In this document: positions 13,442 through 25,547 of the stretch, in pieces
Layout: each line of letters begins with the position of its first letter
How positions within the stretch are numbered: position 1 is the first letter of the stretch
NCBI RefSeq assembly: GCF_023055435.1
Contig: NW_025963813.1
Span: 12,524,001 to 12,588,000, forward strand
Reading direction: 5' to 3'
Length of the DNA stretch: 64,000 nt
Source: Haliotis rufescens
Lineage: Eukaryota
The notes under the pieces: model-generated
Told to the model about the DNA's origin: nothing
Seen by the model: the letters and a program-made list of their open reading frames with translations, nothing else
Database searches by the model: none
Translations under genes and position numbers: made by a program

Positions 13442-16400
13442 ACATAAAAGACCCCTTCAGCCTAAGCGGCATCGATGATATTATGAAAGAAACGAAGGTA
13501 TCGCGCGCTGGTTTATTCGGTTTCAATGGGAGACTAAGCAGTCAGCGGTTTTATGCATGTTTTTTAGTTAGCGCAATATATGCACTGTCGATAAGGGTGT
13601 GGCTTCATGGACCGCGCACTGCCGATTTCAGTTCCCTGGGGTCCACCCGGTTTATTCGGCTACCTGCAAACTACATCGGTACGACTCAATGGACTTGAGG
13701 AGCCGTGCCGTTGATGGTCAAAGGGAAATAACTGTAAATTCTGATTACCTTTTGCTAAACAGACTTGTCTCCCTTCGCGACAAGGACGTCAAGCTCCTTC
13801 CCAGCGCGTGACAACTTCGTTACACTCTCGGAGCTCCGCGAATGCTATCTCTGAGGAGCTTGCAAGGACATAACTCTTGTTTTCTCATACCTGGTGAGCT
13901 CACTTGGATTTGCGTGTGAAGTAACATCGTGATAGTACATAGTTCCATGAACGGTCGATTTGTGGGAGGACTTTTGTAAACAAAACCACTCCCCACGTGG
14001 TCCTTTACGATGTTTTTATCTATGCCAAGTCCATTTGTTTTCCATTTTTAGGAGAAAAATATTCGCATAAAGGAGAAAAAATTCAAACGTGCACTTTGAT
14101 TTTTAATTCACGTCACTGAAGCAGCAGCTTTGTGGCAGTAGTGATATCGGAAGTTTCGACAGTGTATCGGGATGGGAAGGAGCTTGTTCAGTAAGTCAAA
14201 GGGAAACTGCCCAATCAATCCATGCTTTCCGTAAACGGGGACTATGCTTGTCGCAAGAGGCGACTCATGAGATCGGGTGATCAGGCTCGCTGACTTGGTT
14301 AATGCAACTGCGTGGATTGATGCTCATGTTGTCCATCACTGGCTTGTCTGGTCCAGACTCGATTATTTTCAGACCACCATCATATAGCTGGAATATTGCT
14401 GAGTGCGGCGTTAAACAACAAACAAACAAAACAAAAGATGCTGAGTGTACACATGTATGCTTTAATGGACCGTGCACTGACGATTTCAGTCGCAAGCTCC
14501 GACGTTTAGGTTATACAGTTTGGCACTCACTCAATGAAGGTTCATAATCCAATGAACTCACACAAAATGAAAGTCAATTCTTAGTGTACACACCCAAATC
14601 ATTTTCTTTATTTGAAACAAAACGCAATTTTAAAATAGGTTAATATCAATGTTTAAAAATTTTACTCATTCCTCTCACATTGAGAGTAGGAAGCTCAAAA
14701 TAAGTGTGGAAATGTTATGCCCTTGATGTGAGGTCTTCCTGGTCTAATCTAAACAGGCCAGAGTTATACCCCTTAGATTTTGATGAGCCAATTTAACTGG
14801 GACCCTATCTAGTCACAAGGCAAAAGATATTAAGTACCAGTTTATGGTGAGACAACATGGCATCCAATATATAAAAAAATGTTGAAAAAAAAAAAAAATA
14901 TTTGAAATTGTAAAATATAATTTTTTCAAATTCTGACCTTCTGACCTGAATTTCTTGGGGGAAAAGTCTGTAACGCCCTCCCCCTAAAACTCTGTCCTAG
15001 CTGACTGGAAATATATACCCAATTATTATAATAACAACTAGCTTGATGTTATTGATAGTTCTTTATCTTTCATACATCATGGATGCTTTACAGATACCCT
15101 GTGTTCAGTATGTTCTTTTTGTTGACATACCTTATATGACATCGTAAAAATTCTTTTTCTATAACAAAATACAGTATGATAAGTCTGATAAGTTTAAATT
15201 GGCATGGCTTCCATGGCCAAAAGCTATGAATACACAATGCCTTTTAGAAATTGAGTGTGGGTTCAAATCCTGGATGAATGCCTAGACAAACCAGTGATTG
15301 ATAGCATGAGCAGAAGTAACTGTTCATGAGTGAAAATTTGGTTTAACTTCCCTTTGAACAGTTTTCCCATCACATGAAGATGTGTCAGACTAATGCATGA
15401 GTCAAATCTAAATTGATGCTGGTCCCTGATCAGTAGATCCTGCATGACAAAGGGACGCAACTCCTTGTGGTACCCATCACCCATTGTACCATTTTACAAT
15501 GAAAACAAGTCCATGAAATTTAATGAATACCACATAGCATTTCTACACAGAGTAAATATAATGCGATCCAAAATTCACCATAAAGGAGCAATGCTTTTGG
15601 CAAGAATATTCCCATCTTCCCGAGGCAAGAGAGTTAACTGACTATAAAAGTCTAGTTTCCACCCTTCCTGATACACAGTATCTGTCAACCTAACCTCGTC
15701 ATGCAAATACTGTTGCCTTGAACTCTGTGTTGAACTAATTGTCCAGTACAATTGAATTCCTTCAATTCTTATCACTATTTGACCTCTAATAAGTCGAATC
15801 AGGATTTGGACACATTTTTTTTTATCTTAGGTCTCTTTTAGTTCTGACTATCATCAGTCTGTTTAAGCATGGGAGTTCTGATTGATGGCTAAGATCGCTT
15901 TGTGGAACAATGGCTCAGTGACTCCTAAGTACAAAACTGCCCTGATAATCAAACTGTATAAACTTGTGAAACTACAATACATCATGTGAGTGAGTGAGTA
16001 TGGTTTTACGCCACTTTTAGCAATATTCCAGCAATATCACGGCGGGGCACACCAGAAATGGGCTCAGTTATTTTTCAAAACATAAAACAGGTGCTCAATT
16101 GCTTATTTTTTTACACAAAGATCAATAAGGAACTGCATTTTTTAGCAAAAACAGGGGCCTTATTATTTTCTTTTTACACAAATCCCTGAACCCCCCTGAA
16201 AATCAAATAGAGCTGTTGCTCCCCAAGTAATCTTTTATTAACTCAACACTATATTTGCTTGCTTAACATGAACTTCTCAATACTGTAATCTACTGTAGTT
16301 CAGAAATAATATTCAGGGTTTGAAATTGGCACTAGTCCTATTATTGTCCTTGCAAATCTGCCCAATAGTTAAAGTATCATAATGACCAGTAGATATTTGC

Positions 16401-17511
16401 CATTTTTAGGGGTTTTGCTATATATTATCATTATAATGACTTGTGGACCAAAAATGTTAAGTTTTTACCGCTGATATTGTAATGCTTTGACATTGAGAAT
16501 CTGTTTCAAATCTGTGCTTGATATGTCAAACCTTTTCTCAGGTCCATGCAGTTCAAAACAACAGCGCTTAACTGTGTGTATTTCATTGCGTTCAACGCAT
16601 TCAGTGCCAAACATATTTATGTATACACGTTAAACAAGGCCTGTGTGGAACATTGTGGTGATAATGTGGAAGGTAAAGAGCCACATCAACAAATATATAA
16701 ATATTTACATATAATACAACAATAACAATGTTTAACAATTGTGAGTATGGTTTTTTGTTGCCTATTTCATCAATATCCTGGCAGTGGACACCAGTACTGG
16801 GCTTTACATACAATACCAATGTGGCAAACCGGGCACTGAACCATGGACCAGAGACCATATAACAGATTATATTGTCTGGTCTCTGCTTGGACCATGACAA
16901 GCCAACAATTTAACCGCTTGGCTACCCCACAGCCCCATAAAAAATATGAACACATGAGAAAGATTATCGAAACTTAATTAAAAAAAATTCAAATCACTAA
17001 CATTTTGAGATACATCATGACGGCCATGTTGAAAATGTCCTTTTCGGCCATCACTCAGTCAATTTTGCATGTACTGTTGTGAAATTTGACATGCAGCAAG
17101 TATGTGATTTTCAGAATAAGATATGAATACTTTGATTTTTCATCCAGCTGCGACCCATGACTGACTTTTCTGCCCGATGAACATTTTATCAAAGCATTAG
17201 AAAGAACTCCAAAAGTAGATAGACATGGGAAGGGAAGTAACTCTTGGACTCCAAGCAGCATGCTGCTTTCATGCCTCCACTTTACTCTTTTGAATTGCTG
17301 TCCATGCATATAAGGAATACTTGAAATTTTACATGCAATTTTATTTCATTTTGGTCCTGAACCCCATTTCGGAAAAAAGAATCCTTGAAGATTGATCTAC
17401 TCATACACCAAAGATCATGGAGAGTTAACCCTCATCACATAAGGCAGTAAGCAACCTCTCTTCAGGCTATAGTCTTGTGAATGAGCTTGACCCATGAAAT
17501 GATATATCAGT

Positions 17512-17943
17512 TAGGGCTGGGACGAGTCCAAATTTACTACCCGGGTACCCACACCCCTATTACCCGACTCTGCTCAGATCATGCAGATACCCGCTGTTGG
17601 TGTCAAAAGATAGGTACAAAATGTCCTATTGGGTATAGTTTGACAGTAGCCCTGGCAAAATGTATTAAGATACACGTATAAAACGATGTGGTCATTCATA
17701 CACTGAAGTTGACTGAAGTTTTAGCTTTGTTCAAACATATATAAGTCAAAAGGAACGTGTTTCATAGTCATAAAGAAATGCAAACATGAGAAATTGTCGT
17801 GTAACCATGTAGTTATATAGTGATTTTGTGTCATGAAACAAAATATCACGTGACTAACCATGGGTCAGGGTAGTCCTGTGGGTACCCGGGTCCTACTCAG
17901 AACCCACCAGACCCGAGTACCCGAGTTACCCGTCCCAGCCCTA
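17512..17943. mobile_element. hAT-like MITE
   Basis: TIR TAGGGCTGGGACG / CGTCCCAGCCCTA; 8-bp TSD ATATCA(G/A)T. Confidence 0.85.
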
Positions 17944-18368
17944 ATATCAATGTAATCAAAAATAATTCCCAGGGCAATCATGGTATATGCATGATACATG
18001 TTTGATATCCCTGTGACGATGATGTCCAAGCATCATATGGTTCCAAAAACAAATTGCGGCAGCAGTGATTCATATTTACATGGGGCTGTTTAATGAACAA
18101 ATTTCAACAAAATCAAGTAAGGCCTTATTTTTTAATGGTTTACAGATATTTAGCCAATACTAGAGGGACTATTTAAGGTTGGTCAAACTTAAAATAGAAC
18201 ACATTTTTGAAGTAAAGTATAGACAAATATTTTAAAAATACATCCAAATCAAGTCAAGTGATCATTTTGTGTGAATTGATTTTGTCAGGGGATCTGTGAG
18301 CCAAATATTTGAAAACATAAGTGTATTATCATGGCAATGTATGTATATTTTAGAAAAGGTCAAACTAA

Positions 18369-18532
18369 GAGTGAGTGAGTGAGGTTTTACACTGCTTTTA
18401 GCAATATTCCAGCAATATCACGGTGGGGGACACCAGAAATGGGCTTCACACATTGTACCCATGTCGGGAATCGAACCCGGGTCTTCGGCGTGACAAGCAA
18501 ACGCTTTAACCACTAGGCTACCCGACCGCCCC
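18369..18532 (-). mobile_element. SINE family A
   Basis: Full-length match; TSD TCAAAC(T/A)AAGA. Partial or diverged copies lie at 12196-12258, 15986-16065 and 16741-16935. Confidence 0.9.
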
Positions 18533-19266
18533 TCAAACAAAGAACATCAAAGACAATAGATACTGTGCAACAATGAAATCTCATATGGCGCTTTCCTTCA
18601 TGGCAGTGAAAGCTAACCTATTTATATACATGAGTTTTTCTACTCATACAACATCAATAAACTTTGAATACGAATAACAAAAGCGAACATCCTTGGATCC
18701 AAAAATATGCAACATTCCCCAACTGACATTTTATTTGTTTACCATTATTACTATATGTATGGTTGCTGTTGTCCACAACACTCAAAATTCAACCTCCATG
18801 ACAGTGGCCTCAATATAATCATTTCTGAACTGGACAAACCAGTGACTGATATTATGAGCCACTGTTGGGGTATGAAGACACAAAATGAACCAAGTCACTG
18901 GTCTGACAACCCGATCCATCAAGTTGCCTGTATGACAAGCATAGGCTGCATGGGGCCTGTTCTTACCCGGAATCCCCATGGGGACGATAAATAACGATAA
19001 ATAGAGGAGTCACAGAGTATCGCACAAAAAATCCCCTTCTTCGTCCCCCCTTCCCCCCCCCAGGTAAGAAAGACTATAAACATGGTATACCATACGTACA
19101 GGTGGGTTAAAGACTATAATGAAAGTGAAACAAATGTGAAAGAATGCGAAGTGCTGACTGTTTCTAATTGGTGACAAAAATTATATTTAATGCCAATACA
19201 ATACCTGAGCACATTTTAAAATCCTACAAAATGTCTGTCAACATATCAAAGGTTATGATGATTGAT

Positions 19267-19438
19267 GAGTGAGTGAGTGAGTGAGTATGGTTTTACGCCG
19301 CTTTTAGCAATATTCCAGCAATATAACGGCAGGGGACACCAGAAATGGGCTTCACACATTGTACCCATGTCGGGAATCGAACCCGGGTCTTCGGCGAGAC
19401 GAGCGGACGCTTTAACCACGAGGCTACCCGACCGCCCC
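19267..19438 (-). mobile_element. SINE family A
   Basis: Full-length match to the other copies. Confidence 0.9.
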
Positions 19439-20042
19439 GATGTGGTAGGAAAATGAGGCATGTCTTGATGGAAACCCAGAGAATGTGTTTGGTGCAGACA
19501 AACCAAGGATCATAATCTGGTAGAAAAGGTGGATTCAAACCCATGATCATAGAATCATGGGACCCTAAGCGACGCAATACATCACAGTGTATTTAGACCA
19601 TTGGACCACACATGCCCTGGGGATCACCGGGGTGCTCTTTTCTGAATATAATGTCAGCCCACCTCACACCCTTCCTTTTCATACAACTCACTCCAACACT
19701 ACACAGTTTGAAAATCAAGACAATCTGCTGTGCAAATCACCTCCCCCGCCCCCAATGTGGCTAGCACAACCCCTACCCTCTGGCCAGACTACCTGTCAAT
19801 ACAGTCGTACTGTCTTGCCTCTTCGCACTAATCATCCCTGATCTCCCATCTACTTGGACCACAGTTTTGTTTCCAATATGTTTTCTATCCCTCTTAGCAT
19901 TACATCCACCCTGAATCCCACCCATCCACCTTCTCTCAAACGAGTTTAATTTTATTCTCATTTTATTCAGACACAAAATGAAGCTGTGGTGGGTCCTGTG
20001 TATTTATAGTAATAGAATGGAGAAATTCTACTGAGGATGCAC

Positions 20043-20264
20043 AATAGTCACTGTTGACAAAGCTGAGAACTGTGATGGGGTCCTACAGTCAAGACATGAC
20101 ATACATCAGTCTGACTGTAGGGTTCTGTCTTGACTGTAGGACCCCAATAGTCACTGTTGACACAGCCAGGAGTCGTGATGGGGTCCTACAGTCAAGACAT
20201 GACATACATCAGTCTGACAGCAGGGTCATGTCTTGACTGTAGGACCCCATCGCTGCTCTCAGCT
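20043..20264. repeat. Tandem dimer (103-bp period) of a strong hairpin
   Basis: GATGGGGTCCTACAGTCAAGACATGAC / GTCATGTCTTGACTGTAGGACCCCATC. Confidence 0.85.
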
Positions 20265-20461
20265 ATTGTCGTAATACTGACATCACAAGGACTGTTTTGA
20301 TTGACATGAAAAAACAATTAATCATTCCATGATTCCATTTGCAACAATGGCAACATCACAAGAAATCATTGAGATTTCAAATATCATGAATATACAACAA
20401 ATGTGAATGACACTAAACATCAACCTCTTTTTGATCATCTTGATACCTTGCCTTTCAGCTG

Positions 20462-20964
20462 CAGAGCTCCAGATAAGCTGCGTATCTGCGTAAAATACGC
20501 ATCAGAAATGGAGAAATACGCAGTAAAATAAAATCCAAGCGTATCTAATCCGCAACGAACATTACAGATACGCTACGAAAATAAAACGTGTGTATCATCA
20601 AAATGTTGTGAAGTAACCCTGCGTATTCGATTAGCAAATCAGCAACTTATTTTGAAATCATAAATGGGCATTCCGTCAACCTTGCCGAACTCCACGATGA
20701 CAGTTACATCATGATCATTTGCCATCACACTTTCTTGTGGAAGTATCGTGGTATTTTTTAGTCCTAAAATCTCTCGAACCCACACGACACCAGTTTGCAG
20801 GGACCAGATGAATAGTGTCTATAAATATTTAACTTAAATACCCACATGCGTAAAAACTAGTTGGTAACAGAAATTTGAATACCCAGATAGAATTACTGAT
20901 ACCCAATGATTTTAAAATGCATGGGTAAAATACCCACAACACCAAAAGCTTATCTGGGGCTCTG
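20462..20964. mobile_element. MITE with 18-bp TIR
   Basis: CAGAGCTCCAGATAAGCT / AGCTTATCTGGGGCTCTG; CAGCTG on both flanks. Confidence 0.8.
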
Positions 20965-21877
20965 CAGCTGGTTTGTGACTCTTCGTGAAAACAAGTTTAT
21001 ACACCAAGTTGTACACATGACAGGGCCGTAGCCACACTGTGTCACAACGGGAAACATAGAGTGATTGCAGGTCATGACACATGATGTGACACAGAACAAA
21101 TGAATACTCTGGTCTTACAAAGAAACAAATCCTGCATCCAATATGCACAAAAATGAAAATAGATGCACAAAAAAATGCAAAGTGCATCCACTGGGATGCA
21201 GACAATTGTTATGTATTGAATGTTGCTATTTATTCATTTGGTACCATTTTAAATACATTCCCATATGTCCTGGTAATCATTTAAAAACTACAATACACAG
21301 CATAGGTAGATCCAGCCCCCCCCCCCCCCCCCCCCCTTTTGAAAACAAAATGTTGTATGTTGGAGGTAGTAAAATTATCTGAAAGAGGATTTTGAGATTT
21401 TGGACCCTTCCCTCTTTAAAAATGCTGGATCCGTCCTGGCACAGTTGAATAAGATCTAACATGGACACTAGGGGGAACTTCATATATATTTTTAACTTAT
21501 AGCCCCTGAGCAAGCGAAATCTTACGTCACCTGGTGGAAGAGTAATGTATTCAATTTTTCACATTCTCTGGGAACCACATTCTGAAGCTTTGGACCTCCA
21601 TTTTTCAAAACTTGAGACCCATATTGCGTAAGGCTTTGAGTCAGCTTGACCCCCAAAATAAATAACTCAGGTGGAGACCTGATCAAAACATGAAGAAGAC
21701 TTACCATATATAAAGCAACAATGGTTTGAAAACTATACTATGCTTACAGTAAATTTTCCTACCAAAGAAGTGTTCATATTGATTCATGACCTTCACAATA
21801 AGACACAGATTTTGTGTCAGAAAGTATCACAATGCACCAATATATCACTGAATCGTTAGTGGGTTTTTAAAGCGTTC

Positions 21878-24277
21878 TCAAAAACCAAAATACGAGGCAT
21901 TGGTGTCTCCTTGGACAGTGTCATTGACCCCTGTAGCTGAGGAACCTGGGACATCGTCTTGGTCAACCGAGGAATGGGAGCTGTTCTGTTCATCATGTTC
22001 ATCATGTTCATCATGTTCATCTTGCTCGTCCTGTTCATCTTGTTCATCTTGTTCGTCCTGGTCTTCACTGTCACTTTTCAGTTTCTTCTTCATCTTCTTT
22101 CTCCCCTTCCTCCCCGGCTTCATCAGATGGCGAAAGGCGGGAATACCTGGCACAGCATTGTATGTGGCCTTCTCTTTCTCCTCCACCATATCAGGGTGGC
22201 GCTTCTTCATGTGCCAGTTCAATGAAGACTTCTGTCGACATCTATAATCACAGAAGTTGCACTGTACTGGCTTTGAATCTGAATGAATTCTCAAATGAAC
22301 ATAGAGGTGTTTCTTGGCCATGAACCCTTTTCCGCACTGTTCGCACTTGTATTTCCTTATTTTGTAATGAGATATGTTCATGTGAATATCAAGTTCAGTC
22401 TTCTTCTTTGATCTAACGTTACAACCTTCGAAAGGGCATGGAAATGACCTTTTCCCAAGATGCACTCTGTCGTAGTGAAGATCAACAAGTCTTGACAACA
22501 CTGACTTGTATTTACAGCCTTCAAACTTGCAGTAGATGTACAACCCAGCATGCTTCTTCATATGGTTTCGGAAAGATGTTTTACTCCCGGAAAGGTAGTT
22601 ACAAATTGGGCACTTGAGGTCTCCTTCTCTTGCAATGTTGGTTATCCCATGAGCCTCTTCCATGTGGTTTCCCGCTGAGTCCCACACTGTGAACGTCATC
22701 CCACAGATGTGGCACACACAGTTGTCAAACCGACTTGCACTGGATTCGTACGGATTGTGCACAGCTTTCACATGCCGCTGTAGTTTAGTAATCAGTGGGG
22801 TACTAAATGTACACCTTGTACAATACAGAACTTCCCCATGAGCAGTTTTGCGATGTTCTCGAAAGTCCCCAATGGTACCAAAGGTCCTACTGCAAACACT
22901 GCATCTGTAAGGGTGATGGATATCCATGTGCGCAACTGCCTTTTCTTTATCAGGGAGAACCTCCTTGCAGTTCTTACACAAATACTCTGTCTCCGACTTC
23001 TCCTCAATGATGAGGCTATACAAAGTCTCAGTATCAAATTCCATGGCACCGATTCTGAAAGTTGATGATGTCTCGATCTCCTTCTTTGCAGGCTTTTCCT
23101 TCACTTCTTTTGGAGTCTTCTCAAAAGTCGGACTTGGTTGTCTGTGTTGCAAGTCCTCATCCTGACCTAAAATGATACCACCTTCAACAGTATCCATGGT
23201 ATCACAAACTGGAATTCCAATGGCTGGTCTAGTGTCAATATGAGTAAACTTTCGGACCAGATCATCGGAAAATGTCACTCTGATCCCGGGGCTGTCCTCT
23301 TCTTCAGAGTCAGTATTCAAAGCACTATTACTGTAGGACTCATGAGACACCTCGGGGATTTTCTCAGTAGTTCCAGCTTGTTCTTCAGAACATCCTTCAC
23401 TTGATGGCCTCCAAGAATTTCTTCCACTTTTCACACTGACTACTTGAGGAGCCATACATGTTTTCTTTTGATCATCAGCACTGAAGTCAAATCTAGAGAC
23501 TGTCGTATGATCAGAGGATGAATCCATCGCACTTATTGACTTTAAATAGTTCTGAAAGATGTTGGTAATTTCATGCTTAGACACAGCTGATGCTAGTTGT
23601 GAAGCTATGGCTGAGGTGTACGGTACTTTCCCATAATAACTTGCAGTGAAGGGGTATTGATCATCACAGAGCATATTGTGGATATCTGCCTGTCTGTTTG
23701 AACCTTCAGTCTGGACTTTATCACAAATACCTTTTGACAATGACATGCCTATAACTGTTTGTGTCACTGTAGGTTGAGCATTGGTCTGGAGAGTTGAGAC
23801 ATTCATAGGGATTGATTGTCCAGGAACCTCTAAAATTATTGGAGGTTGGGAATTTGAGTTTATAACACTCCCAGAGAGTGAAGACTTTGGAACATGGGAG
23901 GTCATTTGCAGACTAGTCCCTTGTGCAGAATTTCTTAACAAAACACTCTTCCCAAAAGCTGTCATTTGCCCACTGGAGTTCAAAAGCAAAATGTTTCCCA
24001 CAGGCTGCTTCTTGACAACAGTGGACATCTTTGGACTTTCAGGTTTGTTCTGAACTGACGGCATGGTCACTGAGAGTGCAGGATCGCCAAACAGACCTGT
24101 TGATTGCTGGATTAATACTTCTGACTGTTTATTGGAATTTCTTGTTTTTTTTATGCTCATCTTTGTGCCCTTATTTGACGAGGGCTTGCTGCTTGTGGGT
24201 GTGACATACCTGTCCTGTGATTGATCAGTAATGTAGTAATCTGCTCCAAATACATTCAGGTCAGTGTCTTTTTCCAT
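21878..24277 (-). CDS. C2H2 zinc-finger protein, 799 aa, 9 fingers; ZFP91/ZNF653/ZNF692/ZNF276-like C-terminal fingers; single coding exon
   Basis: Uninterrupted ORF with nine CxxC/CxxxxC...HxxxH units. The last finger VQCNFCDYRCRQKSSLNWHMKKRH matches the family signature CRQKASLNWHMKKH. It is followed by a basic NLS-like tract and an acidic DEQ/DEH tail. An upstream acceptor (TTTCATTTCAG) lies near 24590. Confidence 0.92.
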   Translation of the reverse strand: MEKDTDLNVFGADYYITDQSQDRYVTPTSSKPSSNKGTKMSIKKTRNSNKQSEVLIQQSTGLFGDPALSVTMPSVQNKPESPKMSTVVKKQPVGNILLLNSSGQMTAFGKSVLLRNSAQGTSLQMTSHVPKSSLSGSVINSNSQPPIILEVPGQSIPMNVSTLQTNAQPTVTQTVIGMSLSKGICDKVQTEGSNRQADIHNMLCDDQYPFTASYYGKVPYTSAIASQLASAVSKHEITNIFQNYLKSISAMDSSSDHTTVSRFDFSADDQKKTCMAPQVVSVKSGRNSWRPSSEGCSEEQAGTTEKIPEVSHESYSNSALNTDSEEEDSPGIRVTFSDDLVRKFTHIDTRPAIGIPVCDTMDTVEGGIILGQDEDLQHRQPSPTFEKTPKEVKEKPAKKEIETSSTFRIGAMEFDTETLYSLIIEEKSETEYLCKNCKEVLPDKEKAVAHMDIHHPYRCSVCSRTFGTIGDFREHRKTAHGEVLYCTRCTFSTPLITKLQRHVKAVHNPYESSASRFDNCVCHICGMTFTVWDSAGNHMEEAHGITNIAREGDLKCPICNYLSGSKTSFRNHMKKHAGLYIYCKFEGCKYKSVLSRLVDLHYDRVHLGKRSFPCPFEGCNVRSKKKTELDIHMNISHYKIRKYKCEQCGKGFMAKKHLYVHLRIHSDSKPVQCNFCDYRCRQKSSLNWHMKKRHPDMVEEKEKATYNAVPGIPAFRHLMKPGRKGRKKMKKKLKSDSEDQDEQDEQDEQDEQDEHDEHDEHDEQNSSHSSVDQDDVPGSSATGVNDTVQGDTNASYFGF

Positions 24278-24648
24278 AGCACAGTAATGAGGACACCAGG
24301 CAACACTATCAAAGTCACATTTTCAAGATAACAACTTACTGTTCTTTATAAATATCATTTCTGGAGACACATACTGGGCATGTGCTTCACACAAAACTGA
24401 CTGATTCATTATTTTCAGAATAAATGCATTTTGTATTAGCTTGGTGCAACCATATTTTCATCAGTATCCTGTATGATGTATTTTCACAAATGGTTGCACA
24501 GTCATTCTGTTTCATTGTTTACCTTTGAACAACAAGGCAAACAATCTCTCACATCACTTGGGCCTGAATATTTGGGCACAGGATATCATCTGAAATGAAA
24601 TGAAAAAAAACAACTTAGAAAATGAACTATCTAAAACCATAAAATAAA

Positions 24649-24802
24649 TGAGTGAGTTTTACACCGCTTGCAATATTCCAGCAATATCGCGGCGGGGGAC
24701 ACCAGAAATTGGCTTCACACATTGTACCCATGTCAGGAATCGAACCTGGGTCTTCGGCGTGACAAGCAAACGCTTTAACCACTAGGCTACCCGACCACCC
24801 CC
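24649..24802 (-). mobile_element. SINE family A (in the putative 5' intron of the zinc-finger gene)
   Basis: Full-length match; AAAACCAT on both flanks. Confidence 0.88.
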
Positions 24803-25280
24803 AAAACCATTAAGAGTGTTAGTGGGTTACACTTCAGCATTATTCCAGCTGTATTTCCTGATAGGATTGATGAACCCATGTTGGGAATCCTACAGGAATG
24901 ATGACCCATCAGGAAGAAGTGATTCAGTGAATTTGGTTTCAGCGATTGTAAACATTGAAGATAATCAAACATTTTCAAAATAAAGTCAGCTCCAACCATA
25001 GCAATGGACATGTATTAAATAATTAAATTTGAACAATGTTTCTCTGTGAGGGAGTGAGGGAAAGTTGTTTGACTCTGATAAGGCTAACCTGCAGCAGGCA
25101 TGAGAAATGATCAGCCAAATCAGTGATCAGTGTTGGGAAGCTCCTCTAACCCAGGTCCTGTACAGTTTTACAGTATTGTCTCACAATAATCATCCTGTTG
25201 TTGCCAGGGTCAACTGTTAACATGACCAACAGCAGGGATTTATGTATAGGAAAAAGCACCCCTCTGTAATTTTGGTATAA

Positions 25281-25547
25281 ATGGGTTTAACGCCGCTTTG
25301 AACAGTATTCCAGTTATATCACGGCGTGTCAGCTGAATGTGGGGGGAAAACCCGAAGCGATGCAGGTCACAGATGTTTACCACTTTGGTGAAACCCATGA
25401 GCACTGGTATGGTGCTGACAAACTCAGAAACATCATCGGCGCAAACCGGGATTCGAACCCATAATCACATGTTTCTGGCATGCCCAAGGGACACAACTCT
25501 GCACAGCGAATCACAGTGCCTGAGACGACTGGGCCATCTAATCCCCC
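25281..25547 (-). mobile_element. SINE family B (a more diverged copy lies at 26574-26788)
   Basis: Reverse-complement match to the family. Confidence 0.85.

Noticed and set aside
15300-15780. Protein-coding gene; shares ~35 nt with 45235-45270
   Set aside because: Only frameshifted traces resembling a LINE reverse transcriptase; too decayed to annotate.
22197-22267. Cereblon/IMiD degron as in ZFP91 finger 4
   Set aside because: The essential Gly after CxxC is Asp here (QCNFCD).
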